Positions 9,984 through 19,955 of a stretch of DNA of 64,000 bases are shown piece after piece. Below the pieces are notes generated by a model. It made no database searches. It was given only the letters and a program-made list of their open reading frames with translations, and was not told the origin of the DNA. The DNA comes from an uncultured Fibrobacterota bacterium (GTDB taxonomy: Bacteria; Fibrobacterota; Chitinivibrionia; Chitinivibrionales; FEN-1185): assembly GCA_963729895.1 (NCBI GenBank), contig CAVSQB010000012.1:64001-128000 (forward strand). Direction: 5' to 3'. Position 1 is the first letter of the stretch, and each line of letters opens with the position of its first letter. Both the position numbers and the translations under genes were made by a program.

Positions 9984-10992
9984 ACGAACGCTGTTCTTTG
10001 CCGCGCTGTGCGCTTGCATGTCGCCCTGTTTTGGTTTCACGCTTCCGCCGCAGCAAAAACAGGCCGCAAACGCGGCAATAGAACGGATGGTTGCCAGCGA
10101 CTACAGCGGCGCCATTGTCGTGTGCGACTCGCTGATCCGGTTCGACCCGGCCGATCCCTTGGGTTGGATGCTGCGATTGTCGGCCATCGGCCTTCACGAT
10201 CTCGACCTCGACAGCGTAACGGACTCGCTCGATTTTCCCGGCGCCTTCAAGAAAACAGGCGACGTGCTGTTCGCCTACGAGCGTGACCACGGCGTTTCGT
10301 CGTACTCGTCTACGGTAAAGGGATTTGCAGGGGCCATCGCCGCAGCGCATAGTATATGGAGAAAGAAATACTTTGCAGGCCTCGATCTCGGCCTTGATGC
10401 ATTGGCTAAATTACGGGAGGCGAAAAGGCTCGACAACACAAATTGCGACGTCGATCTTTTTCTGGGGCTCTACACCTACGCGCGTGCCGATCTTAAGAAA
10501 ACGTTCTGGTGGGCGTTCTTTTTGTACTCCGGCGACAAGGAAGCGGGCATCAGGAGCATCCGTGCGTGCAGCAGAAATGCTCAGTTTTGCCGGCTGGTGG
10601 CAACGTTGCTTTTAGGAGAAGTGGCGTTCCGCGAAAAAAGGACCGGCGAATCCGATTCCATCACCACCGGCCTCCTGCACGCCTACCCGGGCAGCAGGCT
10701 GGTGCAGTGGACATGTGCGAAACGCGGTGAATCGATTCATTCGTACGGCGAAGCCGCGGAATCCTACCGGATTCTCGCCGACGCCTACGACTCCATTCCG
10801 CGCGCGAAGAGGAACGCGCTTTTTACGCGCACAAAGACGGCCCATTCGTATTTTTCCGCCGGATCATTTGAACAAGCCAGGCTGGCCTGCCTGAGTGTCA
10901 TTGCACGGGAAAAAGGCCCCTGTGACGACTTTTGCAGACAGATGTGCAGGGACGCGGAAAAACTTCTTGGCAAATTGCCTTCCGAAAAATAA
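9940..10992 (+). CDS. Exported helical/TPR-like hypothetical protein
   Basis: Signal-peptide-like N-terminus, helical repeats (LDNTNCDVDLFLGLYTY); start uncertain. Confidence 0.6.
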   Translation: MSGTHLLSPISRNRERTLFFAALCACMSPCFGFTLPPQQKQAANAAIERMVASDYSGAIVVCDSLIRFDPADPLGWMLRLSAIGLHDLDLDSVTDSLDFPGAFKKTGDVLFAYERDHGVSSYSSTVKGFAGAIAAAHSIWRKKYFAGLDLGLDALAKLREAKRLDNTNCDVDLFLGLYTYARADLKKTFWWAFFLYSGDKEAGIRSIRACSRNAQFCRLVATLLLGEVAFREKRTGESDSITTGLLHAYPGSRLVQWTCAKRGESIHSYGEAAESYRILADAYDSIPRAKRNALFTRTKTAHSYFSAGSFEQARLACLSVIAREKGPCDDFCRQMCRDAEKLLGKLPSEK

Positions 10993-11006
10993 CACCGAGG
11001 AATATA

Positions 11007-11222
11007 ATGATCGACATTGACAATGCGACGTGTGATGTATGTGCAACATGCGTGAGTGTGTGTCCGGTTGACGCCATCGTTCTTGACGACCGCGTAACGA
11101 TTGACAACAAGAAATGTATTTCGTGCGGCAGGTGCGTTGCCGTGTGCCCGGTGGGCGCACTCACCACTGCAGACCGGGCAGGCGCACCCGCGCCGATTCG
11201 GGAGAAAGGAACGGGGACGTGA
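11007..11222 (+). CDS. 2x[4Fe-4S] ferredoxin
   Basis: CDVCATCVSVCP and CISCGRCVAVCP; GAGGA RBS; GTGA overlap with next gene. Confidence 0.92.
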   Translation: MIDIDNATCDVCATCVSVCPVDAIVLDDRVTIDNKKCISCGRCVAVCPVGALTTADRAGAPAPIREKGTGT

Positions 11223-12382
11223 CGAGTACGCGGCACTTCGATATAGCGGTAATCGGCGGCGGGCCGGCGGGCATCATGGCGGCCACGCATGCCGTCAAAG
11301 GGGGAAGAACGGTATGTCTCGTGGACCGCAAGAAGTCGCCGGGGTATCCTGTCCGCTGCGGCGAGGCGATCGGCCTCAAGGGGTTTGCATCAAGTGTGAA
11401 CCTTAAACAGGAATGGATACGAAGCAAAATTTCCCGCATGAAACTGGTTTCTCCCTCCGGAATTGCGGTTACCGTGCCGAACAACTACGAGGGATACATC
11501 GTTGATCGCGAAAGAATGGAGAAGGACCTCACGGCGGATGCCATGGCCCTGGGTGCGGAGTTCTTTCCCGGCACGTCCATAGTGTCCGTTTTGCCGCATG
11601 CCGGCGGAGGCTATGAATGCACGAGCAGGGGAGCCGTGATTCGCGCGCAATGCGTAATTCTTGCCGAGGGTGTTGAATCGAGACTTGCTCGTGCACTTGG
11701 GTGGACAACATGCCTTGCGCCCGGCGATATTCACTCCTGTGCGTTTGCGAGGATTGCGCACGACGAGGTCGAACCCGGAGCCTGCGTTTTTTATCTTGGC
11801 TCCGGGCGCGCTCCGGGCGGCTATGTCTGGGTGTTCCATCGCGGCGGTAACACCGCAAACGTCGGTCTCGGAGTTATTGGTACACGTTGCCAAAAGGGAA
11901 TGCCGCGCGCGCTGCTGTATAGCTTTATTAACGAGAAGTTTCCCGGGGCTCGCGTCACCGATTTCCACTGCGGGGGCGTTCCCATGGGAAAATGGATACG
12001 ACCGCTCGTCAAGGGAGGGGTGATGCTTGCCGGCGATGCCGCTCATATGATGAATTGCGTGAGCGGAGCCGGGATAGCGTATGCGCTCTATTCCGGAAGA
12101 ACAGCCGGAACAGTGGCGGCAGAGTCGTTCTCGGGAGGAACCTGTTCCCACGAATCGCTCAAGAAGTATCAGGACCGGTGGGCTTCGTTCTACGGCAGGC
12201 AACAGGACCGGTCGTATGCGATCAAGGAAGTGATGGTGGGATTCACGGATGTTTTTCTCGACGGAGTCGCTCGCTCCGTTACGAAGAATGGAGCGAAAAA
12301 GATGACCATCTTGTCTATATTTGTCAAAGCATTCATCAACCGCCCTTTGCTTTTGCTCAAGGTAATGCGCTTGCTGCGGTGA
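11219..12382 (+). CDS. Geranylgeranyl reductase family FAD oxidoreductase (DGGGPL reductase-like)
   Basis: IGGGPAG, PVRCGEA, APGGYVWVF, ANVGLG, LAGDAA...GAGI; GTG start coupled to the ferredoxin stop. Confidence 0.87.
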   Translation: MTSTRHFDIAVIGGGPAGIMAATHAVKGGRTVCLVDRKKSPGYPVRCGEAIGLKGFASSVNLKQEWIRSKISRMKLVSPSGIAVTVPNNYEGYIVDRERMEKDLTADAMALGAEFFPGTSIVSVLPHAGGGYECTSRGAVIRAQCVILAEGVESRLARALGWTTCLAPGDIHSCAFARIAHDEVEPGACVFYLGSGRAPGGYVWVFHRGGNTANVGLGVIGTRCQKGMPRALLYSFINEKFPGARVTDFHCGGVPMGKWIRPLVKGGVMLAGDAAHMMNCVSGAGIAYALYSGRTAGTVAAESFSGGTCSHESLKKYQDRWASFYGRQQDRSYAIKEVMVGFTDVFLDGVARSVTKNGAKKMTILSIFVKAFINRPLLLLKVMRLLR

Positions 12383-12650
12383 TCCTCGCCTTTGCAAGGA
12401 CTCAACGTTGGCGTTATCTTCCTCGCCCGTTGCATAACCGTATTCCTCCAGAAAGTATTCTTTCCTTGCAGCACCCGTACCGTGCGGCGTGCGGCGCGCG
12501 GCACGCACATGATCGAGTGAAGACGCCGAATGTCCACTTTCCATCGGCGCGGCACCTCATTTTATTAAAGTACCTGCCGGAGCTATAAACTATTTTTTGC
12601 GGGTTGTATCTGCGCTTTTCTGAAAAATGATTTTGCAAAGTAAAGGGGCC

Positions 12651-14738
12651 ATGATGGCGAAGGACGTGCTGCAGAGGGTGGCGGACAACATACGGGTGCT
12701 TTCGGCCGCAATGGTGGAAAAAGCGAATTCCGGCCACCCCGGCGGAGCAATGGGCGGCGCAGATTTCATCGCCGTTCTGTTTTCCGAATTTCTGTCGTAT
12801 GATCCGAACGATATGAAATGGCCCAACCGCGACCGGTTCTTCCTTGATCCGGGCCACATGTCCCCGATGCTTTATTCGATTCTTCTGCTCACGGGACATT
12901 TCACCATGGACGATATCCGCAATTTTCGCCAGTGGGGAAGCGTCACGCCCGGACATCCGGAACTTGACGTTGCGCGCGGGATAGAAAACACGGCCGGCCC
13001 TTTGGGCGAAGGGCACGCGATAGCGCTCGGCGCAGCTATCGCAGAACGGTTTTTTGCGGCTCGGTTCGGGGAGTGGCTTTCCCATAAAACGTATGGCTAT
13101 ATCTCCGACGGGGGCGTGCAGGAGGAAATTGCCCAGGGTGTGGGGCGTCTTGCCGGACATCTTGGACTTTCGAACTTTATTGTTTTCTACGATTCAAATG
13201 CCGTTCAATTATCCACGCCGACCTCCTCTGTGACAAGTGAAGACACCGCAAAAAAATACGAGGCATGGGGATGGCGGGTGGAAACCATTCCGGGAAACGA
13301 CATCGCACACATTCGCAACGCACTGACGAAGGCGAACGCGGAAAAAACGCGTCCCACCCTTATCATCGGCGCGACAACAATGGCAAAAGGGGCTCTGGAT
13401 GACAAGGGCGAATGCTTTGAGGGAAAAGTCGAAACGCACGGAATGCCGCTTTCCAAAGCGGGGGCCTCAGCGGAACTGACGATCCGGAACTGCGGGGGCG
13501 ATCCCGGGAATCCTTTTGCAATATTCCCTGATGTACAAGAGTATGTCGCCGCAGTCCGCGAGCGAAAAATAGGCGAGGCGGGCTTGAAACGAATGCGGCA
13601 GGAGCAGTGGGAAAGAGAAAATCCCGAACTTTCCGGAAAACTTCGCCGATTCTGGTCCGGCGAACTTCCCCTCATCGACTACGGAAGCATCGAACACAAA
13701 CCGAATGCGGCAACCAGAGTGGCATCGGGAAAAGTGCTCTCGGTATTTGCGCAAAAAGTTGAGAACATGATCGTTTCTTCGGCCGACCTGTGCAACAGCG
13801 ACAACACCGACGGGTTCCTCAAGGGTGGTTCGAGGATATTCACCAGAGGCGATTTCGGCGGAGGATTCCTCCAGGCGGGGGTCGCAGAGCACACCATGGC
13901 CGGCATCATGAACGGAATTGCCCTGCACGGCGGCATCGTACCGGTGTGCGGCACATTCTTTGTCTTTTCCGATTTTATGAAACCGTCGCTGCGGCTGGCT
14001 GCTCTCATGAAACTGCCGGTCAAATATGTCTGGTCGCACGATTCATTCCGCGTGGGTGAAGACGGGCCCACTCATCAACCGATTGAGCATGAGGCCCAGG
14101 CGCGGCTTCTCGAAAAGATGAAGAATTCGGACGGCAAGAGAAGCATGCTTGTGCTCAGGCCGGCCGACGCGGCGGAAACAAGCATAGCGTGGAAAATCGC
14201 GATGGAGAACAATCACGCTCCTACGGCGCTTTTGTTGTCGCGCCAGGCAATGCGCGATTTGCCCGCACCTTCGGGCGTACGGCGCTTCGATCACGCGAGC
14301 GGCGCCCGGCGCGGCGCGTACACCGTGTTTGAAACCGCGAAGACGCCGGACATCGTGTGCATCGCAAACGGGTCCGAGGTTGCAACGCTTGTTGACGCCG
14401 CACGAAAGCTGTCGGATTCCGGGCGGCTGTCGCTGCGGGTGGTATCGGTAATCTCGGAGGGATTATTTCACGACCAACCCATTGACTATCAAGAAACGGT
14501 TATTCCCTTTGGCGTCCCGGTGTTCGGACTTACCGCCGGACTGCCCGTCACGCTGAGGGATGTGGCAGGCCTGTTCGGCGTTGTGCACGGCATGGAGAGG
14601 TTCGGCGCATCCGCGCCGTTTCCGGTGCTCGAGGGGAAATTCGGTTTTACGCCGGACGCAGTGGTCCCGCAAATCGAGGCTTTTTACGAGGACCATAAGC
14701 GATTGGTAGTCAGGTTGGCAGGCGCGCTCAAACGCTGA
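12651..14738 (+). CDS. tkt: Transketolase
   Basis: SGHPGGAMG, RDRFFLDPGH, TPGHPE, SDGGVQE, HDSFRVGEDGPTHQPIE, RPADAAET. Confidence 0.96.
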   Translation: MMAKDVLQRVADNIRVLSAAMVEKANSGHPGGAMGGADFIAVLFSEFLSYDPNDMKWPNRDRFFLDPGHMSPMLYSILLLTGHFTMDDIRNFRQWGSVTPGHPELDVARGIENTAGPLGEGHAIALGAAIAERFFAARFGEWLSHKTYGYISDGGVQEEIAQGVGRLAGHLGLSNFIVFYDSNAVQLSTPTSSVTSEDTAKKYEAWGWRVETIPGNDIAHIRNALTKANAEKTRPTLIIGATTMAKGALDDKGECFEGKVETHGMPLSKAGASAELTIRNCGGDPGNPFAIFPDVQEYVAAVRERKIGEAGLKRMRQEQWERENPELSGKLRRFWSGELPLIDYGSIEHKPNAATRVASGKVLSVFAQKVENMIVSSADLCNSDNTDGFLKGGSRIFTRGDFGGGFLQAGVAEHTMAGIMNGIALHGGIVPVCGTFFVFSDFMKPSLRLAALMKLPVKYVWSHDSFRVGEDGPTHQPIEHEAQARLLEKMKNSDGKRSMLVLRPADAAETSIAWKIAMENNHAPTALLLSRQAMRDLPAPSGVRRFDHASGARRGAYTVFETAKTPDIVCIANGSEVATLVDAARKLSDSGRLSLRVVSVISEGLFHDQPIDYQETVIPFGVPVFGLTAGLPVTLRDVAGLFGVVHGMERFGASAPFPVLEGKFGFTPDAVVPQIEAFYEDHKRLVVRLAGALKR

Positions 14739-14808
14739 CGGCGAATTTGCCCCGGGTGGGAAGCCCGCCCGGCCCTATGCCGACTCGAAATCCCAGGGAG
14801 GTATTCAT

Positions 14809-15336
14809 ATGAGAATCGGGGTTGTGGGCGACACTCACCGGAACGTGCAGTATCTGACTGACGCAGTCGATTGGCTTTCGGCGCGGCAAAAGATAGCCAT
14901 GTTGTATCACCTCGGTGACGATTACGATGATGTAAAAGCGCTTGCCGAAAAGTATGTCGACATCGTGCAGGTGCCGGGGCTCTACGACGAACGATATACG
15001 AATGGCTCTCTTCCAAAAAAAATCATGGAAAATGTTCTTGGCATCAGGATTCTGCTCGTTCATTCCATGGAAAAGGATGTGACCAAGGACGACAAGATGA
15101 CCGCCGACATCATTCTTCACGGCCATTCGCACCGCAGCAGCATCACCCTCGAAGATGGTCTCTTGTGCATGAACCCTGGGCATCTCAAAGGGCCCAAGGA
15201 CAAGAATTTTCCTCCCACATTCGGGCTACTTGACATACAGGACAAGAACATTCAGGCAAAAATATTCAGCCTCGATTTCAAATTGGTGTCGTCCATGGAG
15301 CTCTTCCGGTCGGAAAATAGACTTTACAAAGTGTAG
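14809..15336 (+). CDS. YfcE/MJ0936-type metallophosphoesterase
   Basis: GDTH, HLGD, HGHSH, NPG motifs; GGAGG RBS. Confidence 0.85.
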   Translation: MRIGVVGDTHRNVQYLTDAVDWLSARQKIAMLYHLGDDYDDVKALAEKYVDIVQVPGLYDERYTNGSLPKKIMENVLGIRILLVHSMEKDVTKDDKMTADIILHGHSHRSSITLEDGLLCMNPGHLKGPKDKNFPPTFGLLDIQDKNIQAKIFSLDFKLVSSMELFRSENRLYKV

Positions 15337-15434
15337 CACCGACATGCCAAGGAGAAAGTCAACCGCTGCCCGGCCGCCGGGTCGGGAAGTTTTGATTTTC
15401 GTTCGCGCACCTCATGCAAGGCGCATTGCTTCCA

Positions 15435-17429
15435 ATGGATAGTTCATTCCTCAGCACAACGGTTATCGTTTTCGGGCTTTCCATTCTTGTTCTTCTCCTT
15501 TGTTACCGCCTGAGAATTCCAACAATCGTCGGTTTTCTTCTCACCGGCGTGCTTGCGGGGCCTGCGGGGTTCGGGCTCGTTACTCATCAGAAAGAAGTTG
15601 AAACTCTTGCCCAAATCGGAGTAGTCCTGCTTCTATTCAGCATCGGCATTGAGTTCTCCCTAAAGAATCTTGTCCAGATCCGAAAGACGGTCTTCGTGGG
15701 GGGAACGCTTCAGGTGCTCCTCACGGTGGCTGCGGCAACCCTGGTATCTCTGCTGCTCGGCCGGACGCTTGCACAGTCCGTGTTCATGGGATTTCTTCTT
15801 TCGCTCAGCAGCACGGCAATAGTCCTCAAGCGGTACCAGGAAAAGGCGGAAGTGGAAAGTCCGCAGGGTAAGACCAGCCTCGGCATATTGATCTTCCAGG
15901 ATCTTGCCGTAGTTCCCATGATGCTGCTCATTCCCATCATGTCCGGCACAGCAACGAATCTTGGTTCGTCTGTGGCCGTGCTGCTTGTGAAAATTGCCGG
16001 GATTGCCGTGTGTATGGTGGCCTTGATAAAATGGGTTGTTCCTCACGTCCTTTTCTGGGTCGCAAAAACGAGGAGCCGGGAGCTTTTTCTTCTCTCCATT
16101 ATCGTCGCATGCTTTTCCATTGCATGGCTCACCTCCAGCGCCGGCCTGTCGCTCGCGCTCGGGGCGTTTCTTTCAGGCCTCATATTGTCGGAATCGGAAT
16201 ACAGCTATCAGGCGCTCGGTTCCATCCTTCCATTCCGCGACGTTTTTACCAGTGTATTCTTCATTTCGATAGGCATGCTGTTCGACATCGATTTCTTCCT
16301 GCAGCATCCTGTTCTCATCGTGCTGTGTGCGGCATGCGTTCTTGTGGGAAAAGTTCTCATCGCATCGGTGGTACCCGCTCTTCTCGGATTTCCGTTGCGT
16401 ACCATGGCTCTTGTCGGGCTCGCGCTCGGACAGGTGGGCGAGTTTTCGTTCATCCTGGCTCGCGCGGGATTGGATTTTCACCTGCTCGACAGGAACTCCT
16501 ACCAGGTCTTTCTGGGGGTTTCCATTTTGACAATGGCGGCAACGCCCTCTATCATGGCATCGGGGTCCTGGATAACCGACAGGCTGCTGTCGCTTCCGTT
16601 CCCAAAACGCATCCGCTCCGGCCTGCAAAGCGGCAATGAGGCGGCCGGCGCAGACCAATCCCTCGCCTTAAGAGACCATCTGATCATCATTGGCTTCGGG
16701 GTGAACGGACGAAACGTGGCGCGGGCGGCAAAAGCGGCGGGGATTCCCTATGTGATAACCGAAATGAACCCGGACACGGTCCGAAACGAAAAAGCGGCAG
16801 GCGAGCCGATTTTCTACGGTGACGCCACCCAGGAAGCCGTATTGTCGCATGTGAAGGTGCGCCAGGCGCGCGTGGTTGCCGTGGGAATACCCGACTTCGT
16901 TGCAACGAGGCGGACGGTTGAAATCGCCAGGAAGCTCAATCCATCGGTCCACATCATCGCACGGACGCGCTTCTTCCAGGAGGCCGGGCCCCTATATGAA
17001 CTCGGCGCCAGTGAGGTAGTTCCGGAAGAATTTGAGACCTCGGTTGAAATATTCACACGGGTGCTTATGAAATACCTTGTCCCTCGAGACAAGATCGAAC
17101 AGTTCGTCGCGGAGGTTCGGTCCGACGGCTATCAGATGTTCAGGAGTCCTTCAGGTGAAAAGACGTCTTTTTCGGACCTCAGGTTTGCGCTTCCCGATAT
17201 GGAAGTAAACATGATGTGGGTAGGTGAGGGGTCGTTCCTGGCCGGCACGACAATTGCGGAAATCAACTTGCGGCGTACGTATGGAATAACGCTCCTGGCG
17301 GTCCGCAGGGAGGCGGAAGTAATCTCCAACCCGGACAGCAGCCTTGCGTTGCGCGCGGGCGACATCCTCGTTATATTGGGAAGGCCCGAGGACAACGTGA
17401 AGTTTACCGAAGCCCTTGCGGCCCGGTAA
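15435..17429 (+). CDS. Kef-type CPA2 K+/H+ antiporter with TrkA-N and TrkA-C domains
   Basis: SLSSTAIV, LIFQD, GQVGEFSF membrane domain; IIGFGVNG RCK-N; C-terminal RCK-C. Confidence 0.9.
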   Translation: MDSSFLSTTVIVFGLSILVLLLCYRLRIPTIVGFLLTGVLAGPAGFGLVTHQKEVETLAQIGVVLLLFSIGIEFSLKNLVQIRKTVFVGGTLQVLLTVAAATLVSLLLGRTLAQSVFMGFLLSLSSTAIVLKRYQEKAEVESPQGKTSLGILIFQDLAVVPMMLLIPIMSGTATNLGSSVAVLLVKIAGIAVCMVALIKWVVPHVLFWVAKTRSRELFLLSIIVACFSIAWLTSSAGLSLALGAFLSGLILSESEYSYQALGSILPFRDVFTSVFFISIGMLFDIDFFLQHPVLIVLCAACVLVGKVLIASVVPALLGFPLRTMALVGLALGQVGEFSFILARAGLDFHLLDRNSYQVFLGVSILTMAATPSIMASGSWITDRLLSLPFPKRIRSGLQSGNEAAGADQSLALRDHLIIIGFGVNGRNVARAAKAAGIPYVITEMNPDTVRNEKAAGEPIFYGDATQEAVLSHVKVRQARVVAVGIPDFVATRRTVEIARKLNPSVHIIARTRFFQEAGPLYELGASEVVPEEFETSVEIFTRVLMKYLVPRDKIEQFVAEVRSDGYQMFRSPSGEKTSFSDLRFALPDMEVNMMWVGEGSFLAGTTIAEINLRRTYGITLLAVRREAEVISNPDSSLALRAGDILVILGRPEDNVKFTEALAAR

Positions 17430-17530
17430 GGCATGAGGGGGGCCTGATGATGATAAGGGTGTGGATCGGGACAGCGGTTGCGGGAAGGCGCCGGCGCTCC
17501 GCTCCCGATAAACGGCAGTCCGGTTGACGG

Positions 17531-18469
17531 CTACAACCTCTCGAATGCAGCGTTCACTTCCAGCCAATACTTGTCCATGCTCTTTGCCCGCTGGACTTTT
17601 GTCAGCACTTCTTCATTCCTCTTGAACGAGAACGAGAGAAAGCACCAGAGCTGCTTCAATTTCCCAAGCACCGTTACCTCGCCGCTGCCGAATTCCTGAT
17701 ACCCTCGTACAAGGTCTTCATGAAACCGGTAGAGCCGGTCCGCGAATGTATGGCGGCCGGTCCCAGCAATGCCCTTGAGCTCCTCAGGCAGGGCCGGATT
17801 CATCAGCACGCCTCTGCCGATCATGAAGCTTTCGACATTTCCGAAACGGCGGGCGATGGCCTCAAACGATCTGCCGTCGACGATATCGCCGTTGTAAACC
17901 ACCGGGTGCCGTGAGAGCCTCAGGCACTTCTCAAAGGCTTCGAGGTTGGGTGTGCCGTCGTACATTTGCCTGGCGGTGCGAGGATGGATGATTAGGTCGG
18001 AAACCGGGAAATCGTTGAAGACGGGGAGTATTTCCAGAATTTCATCAGGGTCATCTCTGCCGAGCCGCGTTTTTATTGAAATACGGCACTTGACAGCCGG
18101 AATGACCGCAGACAAAAAATCGTGAATCATTCTTGGATACGGCAGCATGCCGGCCCCGCGCTTTTTGCTGACAACCACGGGGTAGGGGCAGCCGAGATTC
18201 CAGTTTACCGTATGGTACCCCAGGGAACATAATTGGTTTGCCAGAACAACAAATTCATCCGCATCCTTGCCGATGAGCTGGGGAACCAGGCAATGAGATT
18301 TGTTGTATTTCGGAAGAAGATCGCGAATGTGGGAGTCCCTGACCGCTTTTCCCTTCACGGTTGTGATAAAGGGAGCAAATTGAGCGTCGAGGCCGGAAAA
18401 ATGCCGGGAGAGTGCATTTCGGAACACAAAATCCGTGTGACCGCGAAGTGGTGCTAGAATGAGCTTCAT
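17531..18469 (-). CDS. tRNA-dihydrouridine synthase family protein
   Basis: LAPL, NLGCP, GAGML, IHPRT, YNGDI, MIGRG. Confidence 0.9.
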   Translation of the reverse strand: MKLILAPLRGHTDFVFRNALSRHFSGLDAQFAPFITTVKGKAVRDSHIRDLLPKYNKSHCLVPQLIGKDADEFVVLANQLCSLGYHTVNWNLGCPYPVVVSKKRGAGMLPYPRMIHDFLSAVIPAVKCRISIKTRLGRDDPDEILEILPVFNDFPVSDLIIHPRTARQMYDGTPNLEAFEKCLRLSRHPVVYNGDIVDGRSFEAIARRFGNVESFMIGRGVLMNPALPEELKGIAGTGRHTFADRLYRFHEDLVRGYQEFGSGEVTVLGKLKQLWCFLSFSFKRNEEVLTKVQRAKSMDKYWLEVNAAFERL

Positions 18470-18474
18470 GGAAA

Positions 18475-18996
18475 TTATTGAGGCGGGGTGACCGTTTTGT
18501 ATCCAAAGTAAAATGCGATAAAGGCAGCGGTGAACCCGATGATCCAGTCAAAAGGGCGGATTCCGTCCACGAAGAAATAGAGAACCCTGTGGAAATCCAT
18601 TTGACCAAGCACGGCAAGAAGGCTGATGCTTTTCTTGTGGGAATGGCTGATGGCCGCGGTCATGAAATTGCCTATGATCCAGGAAACGAGTGATATGCCT
18701 GCCCCGGCGATCCCGAAAGGCGGCGAGACCGCTTTCCCAAGGTACCGAACCGAAAACCCAATTGCGGCCGCTTCAACAAGCGCCATCCAGCCGATCTTAT
18801 AACCCGTCATCTGGACAAGCAGGATCCAGACTATCAATGACACGACGGCAACGCCAACGCCGCCGACAATTCCCATTGCCAGGTTCTGCCGTTTTTGGAG
18901 ATACAGCCAGTATTTTGAAAAGTCCTTCTGGTCCACCTCGAAAACAGGCTCGGATTCGCTGGCGGCGTTTTGGAGGTTTCCCGGTTCTCCGTTCAT
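18475..18996 (-). CDS. Hypothetical membrane protein
   Basis: About four hydrophobic helices; co-oriented with dus, 5-bp gap; start chosen at MNGEPG. Confidence 0.65.
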   Translation of the reverse strand: MNGEPGNLQNAASESEPVFEVDQKDFSKYWLYLQKRQNLAMGIVGGVGVAVVSLIVWILLVQMTGYKIGWMALVEAAAIGFSVRYLGKAVSPPFGIAGAGISLVSWIIGNFMTAAISHSHKKSISLLAVLGQMDFHRVLYFFVDGIRPFDWIIGFTAAFIAFYFGYKTVTPPQ

Positions 18997-19263
18997 TCCA
19001 GGTTCTTTCCATTCCACAGGGCAAAGACTTTTGAGAACATCCTGAGAAGAGAAAATACAGCATGCCATTGTACGCCGTAATGATTGCACATTGCAGTGAA
19101 TCAGGCTCCGTGAATACTGGATGATGCTATCGCGATATTTGCGTGTTCATGTTAAGAGAGTCTTCGGAATGGCGCAGGCTCGAGCAACAAAACTGGATAG
19201 GGCAGTGACACGTTTTGAACGTTCAATTTGTGTACATTTGGTCCATATAATGAAATTACTTAA

Positions 19264-19291
19264 AGTTTACATAATATATATTATGCGCCAT
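19264..19291 (-). other. dif-like XerC/XerD recombination site
   Basis: Minus strand ATGGCGCATAA-TATATA-TTATGTAAACT, 11-6-11 architecture. Compare E. coli GGTGCGCATAA-TGTATA-TTATGTTAAAT and B. subtilis ACTTCCTAGAA-TATATA-TTATGTAAACT. Lies in an AT-rich intergenic region. Confidence 0.8.
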
Positions 19292-19431
19292 ATAGCTTGC
19301 ACTCATATGATCATATGAAAACAAATTCACATACAATCGCACCTATTTCAAACAAGTAGTTCATCTACATACTCAATTACGTCTCCGAAAGTAGTCCGAT
19401 TCTCATTGAGGTTGATGTGCTGCTATCCGAA

Positions 19432-19947
19432 TCAATACTCAATGCCTTTGCGTGCTCTTATGCCCTTTTTGAAGTAATGCCGTTTCTCCTTCATTTCGGT
19501 AACCAAATCAGCAAGTTGTGTGATTTCCTTTGGAGCGTTTCTGCCTGTGAGCACCAATTCCACGTTTGCCGGTCTATTCTTGATAATCTTCACAACATCG
19601 TCTAACATAATGATTCCAAGGTTAATAGCGCAGTTAATCTCATCCATAATGACAAGTTGGTAGGCTCCCGAAAACATGGCCTTCAGGCAATTCTCAAGCC
19701 CTTTTCGCGCATTGGCAATGTCTCTCGGAGATGGTTTCATTATTATGAAACTCTTTGATCCGAATTGCATTACATCGATAGAGCCTGTATGTTTCCGGAG
19801 AGCCCACAATTCTGAATAGTTTCGCCCTTTAAGAAACTGCCCAATGTATACCTTAAGCCCTGCACCTGCAGCTCTTAATGCGAGACCGAACGCTGCCGTG
19901 GTCTTTCCTTTACCGTTTCCGGTGTAGACCTGAACAAACCCTTTCAT
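19432..19947 (-). CDS. cobO: Cob(I)alamin adenosyltransferase (CobO/BtuR type)
   Basis: VYTGNGKGKTTAAFG, QFLKG, MDEI, LTGRNAP, ADLVTEM, ARKGIEY. Confidence 0.93.
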   Translation of the reverse strand: MKGFVQVYTGNGKGKTTAAFGLALRAAGAGLKVYIGQFLKGRNYSELWALRKHTGSIDVMQFGSKSFIIMKPSPRDIANARKGLENCLKAMFSGAYQLVIMDEINCAINLGIIMLDDVVKIIKNRPANVELVLTGRNAPKEITQLADLVTEMKEKRHYFKKGIRARKGIEY

Positions 19948-19955
19948 CGTCTTCC

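Noticed and set aside
11390..12544. 384-aa minus-strand ORF (also 28023-29018 and 49943-51031)
   Set aside because: Antisense to well-supported genes in GC-rich DNA.
14752..14772. Hairpin CCGGGTGGG-AAG-CCCGCCCGG after tkt as an intrinsic terminator
   Set aside because: No U-tract, and the next gene follows closely on the same strand.
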